From assembly GCA_030605705.1 (NCBI GenBank), contig JAUWHU010000344.1, forward strand, positions 1-28,723: DNA of 28,723 nt, read 5' to 3'. Both the position numbers and the translations under genes were made by a program. Source of the DNA: Thermoflexia bacterium. Lineage in GTDB: Bacteria > Chloroflexota > Anaerolineae > B4-G1 > SLSP01. This document shows positions 1 to 9,292 of this stretch, piece after piece (the first letter of the stretch is position 1; every line of letters starts with the position of its first letter). A model generated the notes under the pieces. That model did no database searches. It saw nothing but the letters and a program-made list of their open reading frames with translations, and was not told the DNA's origin.

Positions 1-1146
1 GATGAGATCGGCACGCTGGCCCAGGCTTTCAACAGTATGACGGCTCAGTTGCGCGGCCTCATCGGCGAACTGGAGCAGCGTGTGGCCGAGCGTACGGCTG
101 ATCTGACGCGGCGTTCCGCGGAATTGGAGGCCTCGGCCCAGGTGGCTCGCGAGGCTGCGGCTATCCGGGACGTAAAGCAGCTGCTGGATGCCACTGTGCG
201 GCTTATCTCAGAACAATTTGGCTTTTACCACGCCGGCATATTTCTGCTGGACGATGCTAAGAACTACGCTACCCTGGCGGCGGCTTCCTCGGAGGGCGGA
301 CAGCGGATGCTGGCGCGCGGGCACCGGTTGGAGGTGGGACAGGTCGGCATTGTGGGATACGTCTCGGCGCAGGGTGAGCCGCGCGTCGCGTTGGATGTAG
401 GGCAGGATGCCTATTTCTTCAACAACCCCGATCTCCCAGAGACCCGTTCGGAGGCGGGCTTGCCGTTGCAGGTTCACGGTCAGGTGATCGGTGTGTTAGA
501 CGTTCAATCTGAACGAGCGGCGGCTTTCAGCGCGGAAGATGTGGAAATCTTGCAGACGTTAGCCGATCAGGTGGCGCTGGCGATTGACAATGCGCGCTTG
601 TTGGAGGAAAGCCGCCAGGCCCTGCAGGAATTGCAGACTTTGTACGGACAGCAGACCCGGAGAGCGTGGCAGGAGCGGCTGGCCGGCAAATCCATAGGGT
701 ATCTCTTCAGCGGTGGGCAGGTTGTGCCGCTGACTTCCCGCGAGACAGAGCAGACGTTGCCAGCTGAGGCCCTCCAGCCCGACCCGGAGCGGGCCGGATT
801 GCAGGCGGAGGGGCGACGGATCGTCGCGCCGGTTCCGTTGCGCGGTCAGAATGTAGGTTCCCTCGTTTTCTGGAAAGAGGAAGAACAGGAACCCTGGTCA
901 TCCGAAGATGTGGCGACGTTGGAATCCTTGAGTGTTCAAGTCGGATTGGCCCTGGAAAATGCGCGTTTGCTTGAGGATGCTCAACGTCGGGCGCAGCGTG
1001 AGTCAAGCATCCGTGAAATTGCCGATAAGGTCGGTGCTTCATTTGACCTTGAGACCGTTTTGCACACAGCGGTTGAGGAATTGAGTGTAGCCCTGGGAGC
1101 CGGCGGCGCGCTCGTTGAACTTGGTCTGCCGCAGGAGGAGAAGTGA
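1..1146 (+). CDS. 5'-truncated HAMP-GAF-GAF signalling protein with no catalytic output domain
   Basis: Frame 1 is open from base 1 (DEIGTLAQAFNSMTAQLR, the second HAMP helix), so the gene starts upstream of the window. It continues with a coiled coil (LEQRVAERT), a GAF domain (GFYHAGIFLLD...LPETRSEAGLPL...IGVLDVQS...LADQVALAIDNARL), a small second GAF, RRAQRE and a partial GAF. Stop TGA at 1144-1146. Confidence 0.9.
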   Translation, partial: DEIGTLAQAFNSMTAQLRGLIGELEQRVAERTADLTRRSAELEASAQVAREAAAIRDVKQLLDATVRLISEQFGFYHAGIFLLDDAKNYATLAAASSEGGQRMLARGHRLEVGQVGIVGYVSAQGEPRVALDVGQDAYFFNNPDLPETRSEAGLPLQVHGQVIGVLDVQSERAAAFSAEDVEILQTLADQVALAIDNARLLEESRQALQELQTLYGQQTRRAWQERLAGKSIGYLFSGGQVVPLTSRETEQTLPAEALQPDPERAGLQAEGRRIVAPVPLRGQNVGSLVFWKEEEQEPWSSEDVATLESLSVQVGLALENARLLEDAQRRAQRESSIREIADKVGASFDLETVLHTAVEELSVALGAGGALVELGLPQEEK

Positions 1147-2867
1147 TGCCGGATATAGCGCAGAAGGACACCCTCCCCGATGTGACACTTGAAACGGATT
1201 CTGAACTGCAGGCCTGGCGTACCGGCGTGCTGAACGTATTGCTAACTGTAGTATCCGTTGCCGCTACACCGGCTGTTATCATTCCCATCATCCAGGCAAT
1301 TCATAGTCCGGAGCAATGGTTGGTTGTGTCAATCTTCGTGGTGGGCTATCTGTTTGTACTCGCGTTGGCGGTTTTTCGTCATCTTGATCCTCGCCCGCGG
1401 GCCTGGGGTTTACTTATCATAGGCTACGTCGTCGGGGTGTTGTCTTTCGCGCGCGGTGGATTGGCGGGAGATGGGGGGCTGTATCTCCTGGCATTGCCGA
1501 TGCTGGCTATGATCCTCATCGGCGCGCGTTCCGGCCTGATCATGACCGCTCTCAGCCTGCTTACTTTTGCCGCATTCGGAGTTGCTGCTCACCTGGGATG
1601 GTTGGCAAACTGGCTTATCATATTAGATAACCCTCTTACCCCTGCTGCGTGGCTGGACGAAGGTATTAACTTCGCGATGCTGTTGGTAGCACTGGTAGTG
1701 TTGCAATGGTTCTTCAGCCGTTTCCAGACCCGGACTTTGCAGGCATCGAGGGAGAGGGCGACTGAGCTAAGTCAGGCTCACGTTCTCTTGCAGGAACGGG
1801 CGGAGGAACTGAGCCGGCGGGCGCAGCGGTTCGAGGCCATCGCGCGTATCTCTCGTGATACGACGGCGCTGCTTGAGCCGGAGGAAATGCTGCAACGCAC
1901 GGCCGAGTCAATCAAGGAGCAATTTGGCTTTGATGCGGTGGCCGTTTACCTGGCCGATGAGCCAGGCGGTGAGCTCAGCCTGCGCGTCACTGCCGGGGCT
2001 ACACCGCCTGTCCTGAGCGGAGCCGAAGGAGCCGCCGGCGCGCGCCTTGAGCAACTGGAGGCCGTGACTCAGACGATTCTTAGCAGCGCAGCGTACGTTG
2101 TCCAACCCTCCGCAGAAAAAGCGGAGGGGGGCCTGGGCCGGCTGGTGCTCCCGCTCAGGATACGCGACCAGACCATCGGCGCGTTAGCTGTACAGACCCG
2201 TGTACACGCCGCCTTTAGCGCTGAGGACACCGCCGCCTTGCAGATGCTGGCCGACCAGACCGCCACCGCCATTGAGAACGCCCGGCTCTTCAGCGAGAGC
2301 CAGGCCAGCCTGCGGGAACTGAACGCGCTTTATCGCCAGTACATGGCTGGGGCTTGGGAGGAGTACGTACAATCCCAACCGGAGGCTATGCATTATTCCT
2401 ATGGAAGTCTGACGTGTTCAGTCGCAACGTGGCAGGCTGCCTGCGAGCAAGCCCGCGCGTCGGGCAAAGCGGTTGCCTTCATGGGAGACGCTGGCGATGG
2501 CGGGGCCACCCGGTCGTTGGCCGTGCCGGTTGTCTTGCGCGGCCTGTCCCTCGGTGTGCTGGGCTTTCACCGTCCGGCCGGAGCCGGCGCGTGGCAGCCG
2601 GAGGAGATAGCCATGGTCGGAATGATTGCCGACCGGCTGGCGCTGGCGGTGGAGAATATCCGGTTGTTGGAGAACACCCAGCGCCGGGCGGAGCGTGAGC
2701 AGCTGGTCGGACGGATGACGACCCGCTTCACTCGCTCTCTCGACATGGAAGCCGTGCTGCGAACTGCTGTGCGCGAACTGGGACAATTACCCCAGGTGGC
2801 CGAGGTGTCTGTCCACGTGATTTCTCCTGAAGCGTCTCCGGCAGCGAGTGAGGGAGAGGAGGCTTGA
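1143..2867 (+). CDS. About 6-TM membrane sensor with tandem GAF domains and no output domain
   Basis: 574-aa ORF overlapping the previous stop (GTGATG; start 1143 or 1146). About six hydrophobic segments in aa ~29-192, then GAF (QMLADQTATAIENARL), small GAF (LAVPVVLRGLSLGVL...LALAVENIRLL), RRAERE and a partial GAF. Confidence 0.88.
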   Translation: MMPDIAQKDTLPDVTLETDSELQAWRTGVLNVLLTVVSVAATPAVIIPIIQAIHSPEQWLVVSIFVVGYLFVLALAVFRHLDPRPRAWGLLIIGYVVGVLSFARGGLAGDGGLYLLALPMLAMILIGARSGLIMTALSLLTFAAFGVAAHLGWLANWLIILDNPLTPAAWLDEGINFAMLLVALVVLQWFFSRFQTRTLQASRERATELSQAHVLLQERAEELSRRAQRFEAIARISRDTTALLEPEEMLQRTAESIKEQFGFDAVAVYLADEPGGELSLRVTAGATPPVLSGAEGAAGARLEQLEAVTQTILSSAAYVVQPSAEKAEGGLGRLVLPLRIRDQTIGALAVQTRVHAAFSAEDTAALQMLADQTATAIENARLFSESQASLRELNALYRQYMAGAWEEYVQSQPEAMHYSYGSLTCSVATWQAACEQARASGKAVAFMGDAGDGGATRSLAVPVVLRGLSLGVLGFHRPAGAGAWQPEEIAMVGMIADRLALAVENIRLLENTQRRAEREQLVGRMTTRFTRSLDMEAVLRTAVRELGQLPQVAEVSVHVISPEASPAASEGEEA

Positions 2868-2869
2868 TC

Positions 2870-4990
2870 ATGCATTGGCAGTACGTCTCTTATGCGCTAC
2901 CTTTGATTATAGCAGCGGCTATATCGTTTGCCGTCGCAGTCTTCGCCTGGCGGCGGCGTACTGCGCCTGGCGCAACAGCGCTCGCGTTGCTGATGCTGGC
3001 TGCGGCTGAATGGTCGCTGGCGTATGCCTTGCGACTGGCAAGCGTTGACTTGCCGACCAAAATCTTCTGGTCCCAGGTCCGCTACCTGGGCATTGTCGTC
3101 ACTTCAACGGCGTGGTTAGTCTTCGCGCTGCAGTACACAGGTCGCGGCACCAAGTGGTTGACACGCCGGGGCCTCGCCTGGTTGGCCGTTGAACCTCTGG
3201 TCATATTGCTGTTGGTCTGGACTAACAAGTATCACAATTTGATCTGGACCAATATTGAATTGGAAAGCGTTGGCTCATTGCTGGTGTGGCACGCATCTCA
3301 CGGCATGGCGTGGTGGGTACACACGGTGTATTCTTACCTGTTGATCCTGCTCGGTGATTTCTTGATCATCCAGGTGTTCATTCGTTCACCCCGCCTTTAC
3401 CGCGAACAGGCGGGCGCTCTATTGCTCGGGATGCTGGCGCCGCTGCTCGGAAACGTGTTGTCTGTCTTTGGCCTGATTCCCACCCCGCTGGATCTGACCC
3501 CCTTTGCTTTTACTGCCATGGGTCTGGCATTGGCCTGGGCCATCTTTCACCCGCAGCTGTTGGACATCGTGCCGGTGGCGCGCGAGGCTATCATTGAAGG
3601 CCTGCAGGATGGCCTGCTCGTGTTGGACGCGCAGGGCCGTGTCGTGGAGCTCAATCCGGCCATTCAACGGATCATTGGCCGCCCGGCTAAAGAGATAATC
3701 GGGCAACCGGCGGTTCAGGCGCTAGCCGGCTGGCCCGACCTGGCCGCACTCTGTCACGACATGACAGAGACACAGGTGGAGATCGTCCTGGGTGAGGGGG
3801 GGGCGCAGCGCATCTTTGACCTGCGCAGCTCATTCCTACGAGACTATCGGGAGCGTATCACCGGACGGCTGGTGATTCTGCGTGACATCACTGAGCGCAA
3901 GCGGACGGAGAAGGCGCTACAGCGCGGAACTATGCGCCTGCAGATGGCCGCCGATGTGGCCCGTAGTGCAGCCTTCACACACGGGTTGGATGACCTGCTG
4001 GAGCGCACCGCTAATCTGATCCAGGACCGTTTTGGGTTCTATCACGCCGCCATTTTTTTGGTAGATGAGCGGGGCGAGCATGTTATCTTGAAGGCCGCCA
4101 CCGGCGAGGCCGGCCGCGCGATGCTGGAGCGTGGATATAAGTTGGCGATGGACGAAATCAGCATTGTGGCTCGCGTTACCAGCACCGGTCAATCCCGTAT
4201 TGCTCTCGATGTGGGTGCTGACGCCGTGCATTTCGAGAATCTTCTGTTGCCGGAAACCCGTTCGGAGATGACGTTGCCGCTGCAAGTAGGTGGGCGGGTC
4301 ATCGGCGCTTTGGATGTGCAGAGCCGGGAGATGGCCGCCTTTGACGAGGACGACATGGCGGCGTCACAGATGGTGGCTGACCAGTTGGCCGTGTTCATCG
4401 AAAATGCCCGTCTGCTCCAGGAGATGGAACAGACCATGCGTGACCTGGAAGTGGCCTCTGGTCGTTACACTCAGGAGTCGTGGGCCGCGGTTACCCAGAG
4501 GCATGACCGGCCGGTGGGGTATCGTTACAATCGCTTGGGCGTCGAGCCGGTCGCCGGGCCGCGCGCGGAGGCTCTTCAAGCCTGGCAACAGGGCCGCCCC
4601 ATTGTCGCCACCGTTCAGCCAGAGGCGCAAGATAGTGGGCAATTTGCCAGTGGTGCCCTGGCTGTACCCATCACACTGCGGGGACAGGTGATAGGGTTGC
4701 TCGACCTGCGTTCTGAAGATGAGGCCTTCTCCCCGGAGACAGTCTCGCTGGTCAAGGAAGTGGCCGGCCGTCTGGCGCTGGCCATGGAGAACGCACGTCT
4801 GTTGGAGGACACCCGGCGTCGCGCTACACGCGAGCAGGTAACGCGCGAGATCACGGATAAGATGCGACAGGCTACTGATATGAAGTCCCTGTTGCGTATC
4901 ACGGCGGAGCAGTTGAACAGCGCGTTGGGAGCAGCACAGACCTACGTGCGCCTGGACACCGGGGATACCGTGGATGGCGATGCGGAATGA
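2870..4990 (+). CDS. HisKA_7TM-type 7TM sensor with PAS and tandem GAF domains; no kinase or GGDEF domain
   Basis: The N-terminus resembles the 7TM region found in front of histidine kinases (AWRRRTAPGA...AAEWSLAY...RYLGIV...WLVFALQYTG...LLVWTNKYHNLIW...HTVYSY). PAS at EGLQDGLLVLDAQGRVVELNPA...ILRDITERKR, then GAF-GAF-RRATRE. ATG 2870 follows a GAGGAGG RBS; the ORF track starts at TTG 2864. Confidence 0.88.
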   Translation: MHWQYVSYALPLIIAAAISFAVAVFAWRRRTAPGATALALLMLAAAEWSLAYALRLASVDLPTKIFWSQVRYLGIVVTSTAWLVFALQYTGRGTKWLTRRGLAWLAVEPLVILLLVWTNKYHNLIWTNIELESVGSLLVWHASHGMAWWVHTVYSYLLILLGDFLIIQVFIRSPRLYREQAGALLLGMLAPLLGNVLSVFGLIPTPLDLTPFAFTAMGLALAWAIFHPQLLDIVPVAREAIIEGLQDGLLVLDAQGRVVELNPAIQRIIGRPAKEIIGQPAVQALAGWPDLAALCHDMTETQVEIVLGEGGAQRIFDLRSSFLRDYRERITGRLVILRDITERKRTEKALQRGTMRLQMAADVARSAAFTHGLDDLLERTANLIQDRFGFYHAAIFLVDERGEHVILKAATGEAGRAMLERGYKLAMDEISIVARVTSTGQSRIALDVGADAVHFENLLLPETRSEMTLPLQVGGRVIGALDVQSREMAAFDEDDMAASQMVADQLAVFIENARLLQEMEQTMRDLEVASGRYTQESWAAVTQRHDRPVGYRYNRLGVEPVAGPRAEALQAWQQGRPIVATVQPEAQDSGQFASGALAVPITLRGQVIGLLDLRSEDEAFSPETVSLVKEVAGRLALAMENARLLEDTRRRATREQVTREITDKMRQATDMKSLLRITAEQLNSALGAAQTYVRLDTGDTVDGDAE

Positions 4991-5045
4991 TGTATAGCGT
5001 GGCAAGCCGCAAAACATACCTTGCGGTGCTGAGGAGCAGATAAGT

Positions 5046-7496
5046 ATGGAAAAATACGCTGCTTTACGAGTACGGGGAAGCATCAGGACAAAGCTGCTGG
5101 CTGTGCTGTTGGGCATGGTGATAACGGCAGCGGTTATTATCTCCTACGTGTCCGTCTTGTCGTTGCTGGAGACGGGACGAGAAGCTCAACAGGCCAGCAG
5201 CGCCACGTTGCGTCTGCAGATCGAGGATTACCTCCGGCAGCTCACTGCCACTAACGCTCAGGAAAACGACCGTATTTTGCAGGGCGCACAGTACGGCGCG
5301 GAGAGCGTGGCCAAGTATGCGGCACGCATCTTTGAGAACCCCGAGGTCTTTGGGAGCGGGGCTTACTGGCTGGCCGAGGAGCACATGTTCGAAGGGCCTG
5401 GAGGACAGTATATCAATGGCCCAGATGAGGTTTCTTCTATCTTCATCCCTAACTTTGTAGAGCTCAACGCTGACTTGCTGACGAATTTGCAGGTGGGAGC
5501 GCATGTGGAATCGCTTTTCCCCCAAACCTACGAAGGAGACCCCCATACGGTGGCCCTTTACCTGGCGACGAAAGAAGGGATCACTTGGTACTACCCCAAT
5601 GTGGATCTGGGAGCCATTCTTCCGCCAGACTGGGATGTCACTCAGCGTCCGTGGTATGTTGCCGCCGTGGAGGACAACCCGCAGCAAGGAACAGTGTGGA
5701 CGTCGGTGTACGAGGATGCCACCGGTCAGGGCTTATTGGTCACGGCGGCGGTACCCGTTTACACCGACCAGGGTGAGTTCGTCGGGGTCGTTGGCGTGGA
5801 CGTGACATTGGGGGACATCAGTGATAGCGTCAAGGCCACCCGGTTGCTCGGGGGAGGTTACTCTTTTCTCGTGGATGAGACAGGACACACCATCGTCCTG
5901 CCACAGCAAGGTTATTTGGATATTTTGGGACGCGCTGTTGAATCCGACGAATTCGGGACGGATCTGGCCGAGGCGCCGGAGGAATTTGCGCCTGTATTGG
6001 CTAAAATGGTGGCCGGCGCAGCGGGTTTTGACGCTTTAGAGGTGAACGAAAAGGAATTGTTCATCGCTTACGCCCCTGTGGAAAGCACTGGCTGGAGCCT
6101 GGGCAGTGTGGTGGAAGCAGGAAAAGTCATGGGGGCCGTGGCGGGCTTGCAAGCGGAACTGGAAACCTCAACCAAATCCCTGATGCTGAAACGCCTTTTG
6201 CCCCTGGGCGTGGGGCTTGTCGTGATCATGGCGGTGATAGGGATCATGGTCACTAACCGTCTAGTCACCCCGCTGCAGGAATTGGCCACGGCAGCGCAAC
6301 AACTGGGGGCGGGGGAATGGGATGTCCTGCTCCCCTCGGTGGGCGAGGACGAGATCGGCGTGCTGACACAAGCTTTTGCCACCATGAGGACGCAACTGCG
6401 GGAGTTGTTGGGAGGCCTGGAGCAACGCGTGGCTGAGCGCACCCGTAACTTGCAGGCGGCCGCTGAGGTTTCCCATGCTACCACTTCCATCCTTGATCCC
6501 GACCAATTGCTCCCTCAGGTGGTAGAGCTGGTTCGTGAGCGTTTTGACCTGTACTACGTGGGCTTGTTCCTGCTTGATGAGAAAGAGAAATTCGCCGTCT
6601 TGCGGGCGGGCACAGGCGAGGCCGGACGGCAGATGCTGTCCAGGGAGCACAAGCTGGAAGTGGGAGGGAACTCGATGATCGGCCAGTGTGTGGCTACGGA
6701 TAAGGCCGATATCCAGCTGGATGTAGGAGAGGCCGCCGTGCGTTTCGATAATCCGCTGTTGCCGGAGACCCGTTCGGAGATGGCGCTGCCCCTGCGCTCG
6801 CGCGGGAGGGCTATCGGCGCGATGACTGTGCAGAGCACCGTGGCCGCAGCCTTCGATGAGACGGATATCGCCGTGTTGCAGACGATGGCTGACCAGCTGG
6901 CAAACGCCATCGCCAATGCCGAGCTCTACACCGCCGCGCAGGCCGCTCTGGCGGAGGCGCGGGCCACCCAGAGGCATTACCTGGTGCAGGCCTGGGCTGA
7001 ATACTTGCAAACGACCACCGCTGACCGCTACGAGACCTCCGGGCCGGACGTCGCTCCCCTGGGAGAGACGGTGTTGCCCGAGGTGCGACAGGCGATGGCG
7101 GAACGCAGGACATTGGTACGGGGAGGGGATGGTGAGAAAATACCCGCCCTGATAGCGCCCGTCATGTTGCGCGACCATCCCCTGGGCGTCGTGGGAGTCA
7201 GGATAGCCGAGGGCCGGCAATCGTGGAGCGAAGAGGAGATCACTTTAGTTGAGGCCATCGCCGAGCAATTTGCCCTGGCGGCGGATAACCTGCGTCTCGT
7301 TGAAGCCACCCAGCGCCGCGCCGCTCGCGAGCGACTTGTGGGCGAGATCAACGCCGATATTCGCTCGCAGCTGGAGATCGAAACTGTCCTGGAGCGGGCG
7401 CTGATGGAGTTGGGAAAGGCATTAGATGCGGATCGGGCAGCAGCGTATCTGGGGACGGCAGATGAAATGTCCCCGGCGGAGCGGAGGCAGGAATGA
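5046..7496 (+). CDS. TM-dCache_1-TM-HAMP-GAF-GAF signalling protein with no output domain
   Basis: Two TM helices flank a ~350-aa extracytoplasmic region with dCache_1 signatures (QRPWY...WTSVYEDA...VTAAVPV...VGVVGVDV; YSFLVDETG; IAYAPVESTGWSL). HAMP (PLQELATAAQQLGAGEW...EDEIGVLTQAFATM), then GAF-GAF-RRAARE. GAGGAG RBS at 5031-5036. Confidence 0.9.
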   Translation: MEKYAALRVRGSIRTKLLAVLLGMVITAAVIISYVSVLSLLETGREAQQASSATLRLQIEDYLRQLTATNAQENDRILQGAQYGAESVAKYAARIFENPEVFGSGAYWLAEEHMFEGPGGQYINGPDEVSSIFIPNFVELNADLLTNLQVGAHVESLFPQTYEGDPHTVALYLATKEGITWYYPNVDLGAILPPDWDVTQRPWYVAAVEDNPQQGTVWTSVYEDATGQGLLVTAAVPVYTDQGEFVGVVGVDVTLGDISDSVKATRLLGGGYSFLVDETGHTIVLPQQGYLDILGRAVESDEFGTDLAEAPEEFAPVLAKMVAGAAGFDALEVNEKELFIAYAPVESTGWSLGSVVEAGKVMGAVAGLQAELETSTKSLMLKRLLPLGVGLVVIMAVIGIMVTNRLVTPLQELATAAQQLGAGEWDVLLPSVGEDEIGVLTQAFATMRTQLRELLGGLEQRVAERTRNLQAAAEVSHATTSILDPDQLLPQVVELVRERFDLYYVGLFLLDEKEKFAVLRAGTGEAGRQMLSREHKLEVGGNSMIGQCVATDKADIQLDVGEAAVRFDNPLLPETRSEMALPLRSRGRAIGAMTVQSTVAAAFDETDIAVLQTMADQLANAIANAELYTAAQAALAEARATQRHYLVQAWAEYLQTTTADRYETSGPDVAPLGETVLPEVRQAMAERRTLVRGGDGEKIPALIAPVMLRDHPLGVVGVRIAEGRQSWSEEEITLVEAIAEQFALAADNLRLVEATQRRAARERLVGEINADIRSQLEIETVLERALMELGKALDADRAAAYLGTADEMSPAERRQE

Positions 7497-9292
7497 CAAC
7501 GCAAATACCGGTGCAGAGGAAGGGGTGGCGGGCCTGGTGGAGTGCACAATGGGAACGTCTCGTCAGCGTGGAGGTTACCGACGCGGAAGAGGCGCGCCTG
7601 GGACGACTTTTTAACACATTGATGGTGGTCACCATCGCATTCATGCTTACCTTGTCCGCGATTCTCACCGCGATGGGACCATTGGGATTGCTCTCTACCT
7701 CTGGGACTTTGCGAAGAGCGGCCTTTTCTCTGGTTGTGATTCCCTTTGCCATTTTTTGCCTGATCCAGACGCGCCGTGGGCGCGTCCGGGCGATGTCCAA
7801 ATTATACGTCTGGGGTACCTTTGGCTTTATCGCGTTGGCCTGCGCACTTTTTAATGGCTCCGCTTCACCCGCTTTTATACTCTTTTTATGGGTCGTCGCG
7901 GTGGCCGGCGTGCTGCTCGCACCTTACTACGCGTTGCTGCTGAGCGGCGTGGTATTGTTATATTATGGCGCGCTTTGGTTTGCGGAGCGACAGGGATTCT
8001 ATACCCCTCTCCTGCCAACGGATGAAACGGCGTATAGATTCATGAATCAGTCTTTTACATTCCTCATACTGATCTTCGTGGCAGGCTTGATAACCTACCT
8101 GAACATGAGAAGCCTGCGCCAGACGCTGGCGAACCTGCGCGGCACTACGGACGAGCTGGAGAAGAGCCGGCGTCTTTTGGAAACCCGTGTGACGGAACGC
8201 ACGGAGCAGCTGCAGCAACGTTCGGAACAATCTCAGGCCATCGCGGAGTTCACCCGTTCTCTGGCCGGCTTGCGGGACTTAGGCCGGTTGTTGGATTCTG
8301 CGGTCATACTGATAGCCGAACGCTTGCATTACTATGATGTCGCTATCTTCCTGCTCAATGATTCAGAAGAATGGGTGCTCTTGAAAGCGGCATCCTCCGC
8401 AGGGGGTAAGCGCATGGTGGAAAGAGGGTACCGGTTGCGTGTGGGTTCCCCGGAGATCATCGGCCAGACGGCCGCCACGGCCCGCCCGCAGGTCGCCGTG
8501 AATGAGGGAGACGCTGCACTCAACTTCCAATTACCCGAGCTCCCCGCAGCTCAGTCGGAACTTGCGCTCCCGTTGCTTTCTGGCGGAAGATTGCTTGGGG
8601 TATTGGATATCCGGTGTGATCAGATCGTCCACTTTGCCGGGGAGGACATCCAGATTTTAGATATCTTGGCTGGCAGCCTGGCCGCGATGATTACGAATAC
8701 TCGATTGCTTCAGGAGACGCAGCAGGCTCTGGAACGACTGGAGCATTACCAGGAAGAAGAGGTAATACAGGGCTGGTATCGGGCGCTGGCGCGTCGTAAT
8801 AAGCGACTGGGCTATTTTTATGATCGGATCACGGTGCGTCCGGAGCTGCCCGACGCCGCTTTGATGCCTGTGGACCTCCAAAATTTAACCGGGTTGCAGG
8901 TGCTGGAATCGGAAGGGCAATACCTGCTGCTGGCCCCTCTCCGCGTACAACAGCGGACCTTAGGGGCGTTATCTTTCAGGGCTTCACGTCCCTGGACGGA
9001 GGAGGAGCAACGACTGGTAGGGAGTGTGGTGACACAATTGGGACTGGCCCTGGAGAACGCGCGGCTGCTGGAGGATACCCGCTTGAGCGCACAGCAGGAG
9101 AAGGCGCGGAGCGAGATCGTGGGGCGGGTGCGTTCCTCGATGCAGGTGGATACCGTGCTGCGTAGCGCGACCGAGGAGCTGGGACGGGCGTTGGGAGTTG
9201 AGCGCGTGCGCATCCAGCTGCTTCCGCCTGGCCGGCCGGTAGATTCGGAAGAGGCGTCTGTTTCACCAGCCTCCCCGGGGGAATCTGGATGA
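7493..9292 (+). CDS. About 6-TM membrane sensor with tandem GAF domains and no output domain
   Basis: ATGA overlap with the upstream stop. About six hydrophobic segments in aa ~42-203, coiled coil (LETRVTERTEQL), GAF, small GAF (LGLALENARLL) and a terminal partial GAF (VDTVLRSATEELGRALG). Confidence 0.88.
   Translation: MTTQIPVQRKGWRAWWSAQWERLVSVEVTDAEEARLGRLFNTLMVVTIAFMLTLSAILTAMGPLGLLSTSGTLRRAAFSLVVIPFAIFCLIQTRRGRVRAMSKLYVWGTFGFIALACALFNGSASPAFILFLWVVAVAGVLLAPYYALLLSGVVLLYYGALWFAERQGFYTPLLPTDETAYRFMNQSFTFLILIFVAGLITYLNMRSLRQTLANLRGTTDELEKSRRLLETRVTERTEQLQQRSEQSQAIAEFTRSLAGLRDLGRLLDSAVILIAERLHYYDVAIFLLNDSEEWVLLKAASSAGGKRMVERGYRLRVGSPEIIGQTAATARPQVAVNEGDAALNFQLPELPAAQSELALPLLSGGRLLGVLDIRCDQIVHFAGEDIQILDILAGSLAAMITNTRLLQETQQALERLEHYQEEEVIQGWYRALARRNKRLGYFYDRITVRPELPDAALMPVDLQNLTGLQVLESEGQYLLLAPLRVQQRTLGALSFRASRPWTEEEQRLVGSVVTQLGLALENARLLEDTRLSAQQEKARSEIVGRVRSSMQVDTVLRSATEELGRALGVERVRIQLLPPGRPVDSEEASVSPASPGESG

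Noticed and set aside
5006-5027. Small hairpin CCGCAA/TTGCGG before the dCache gene RBS
   Set aside because: Only a 6-7-bp stem with no U-tract; too weak to call.
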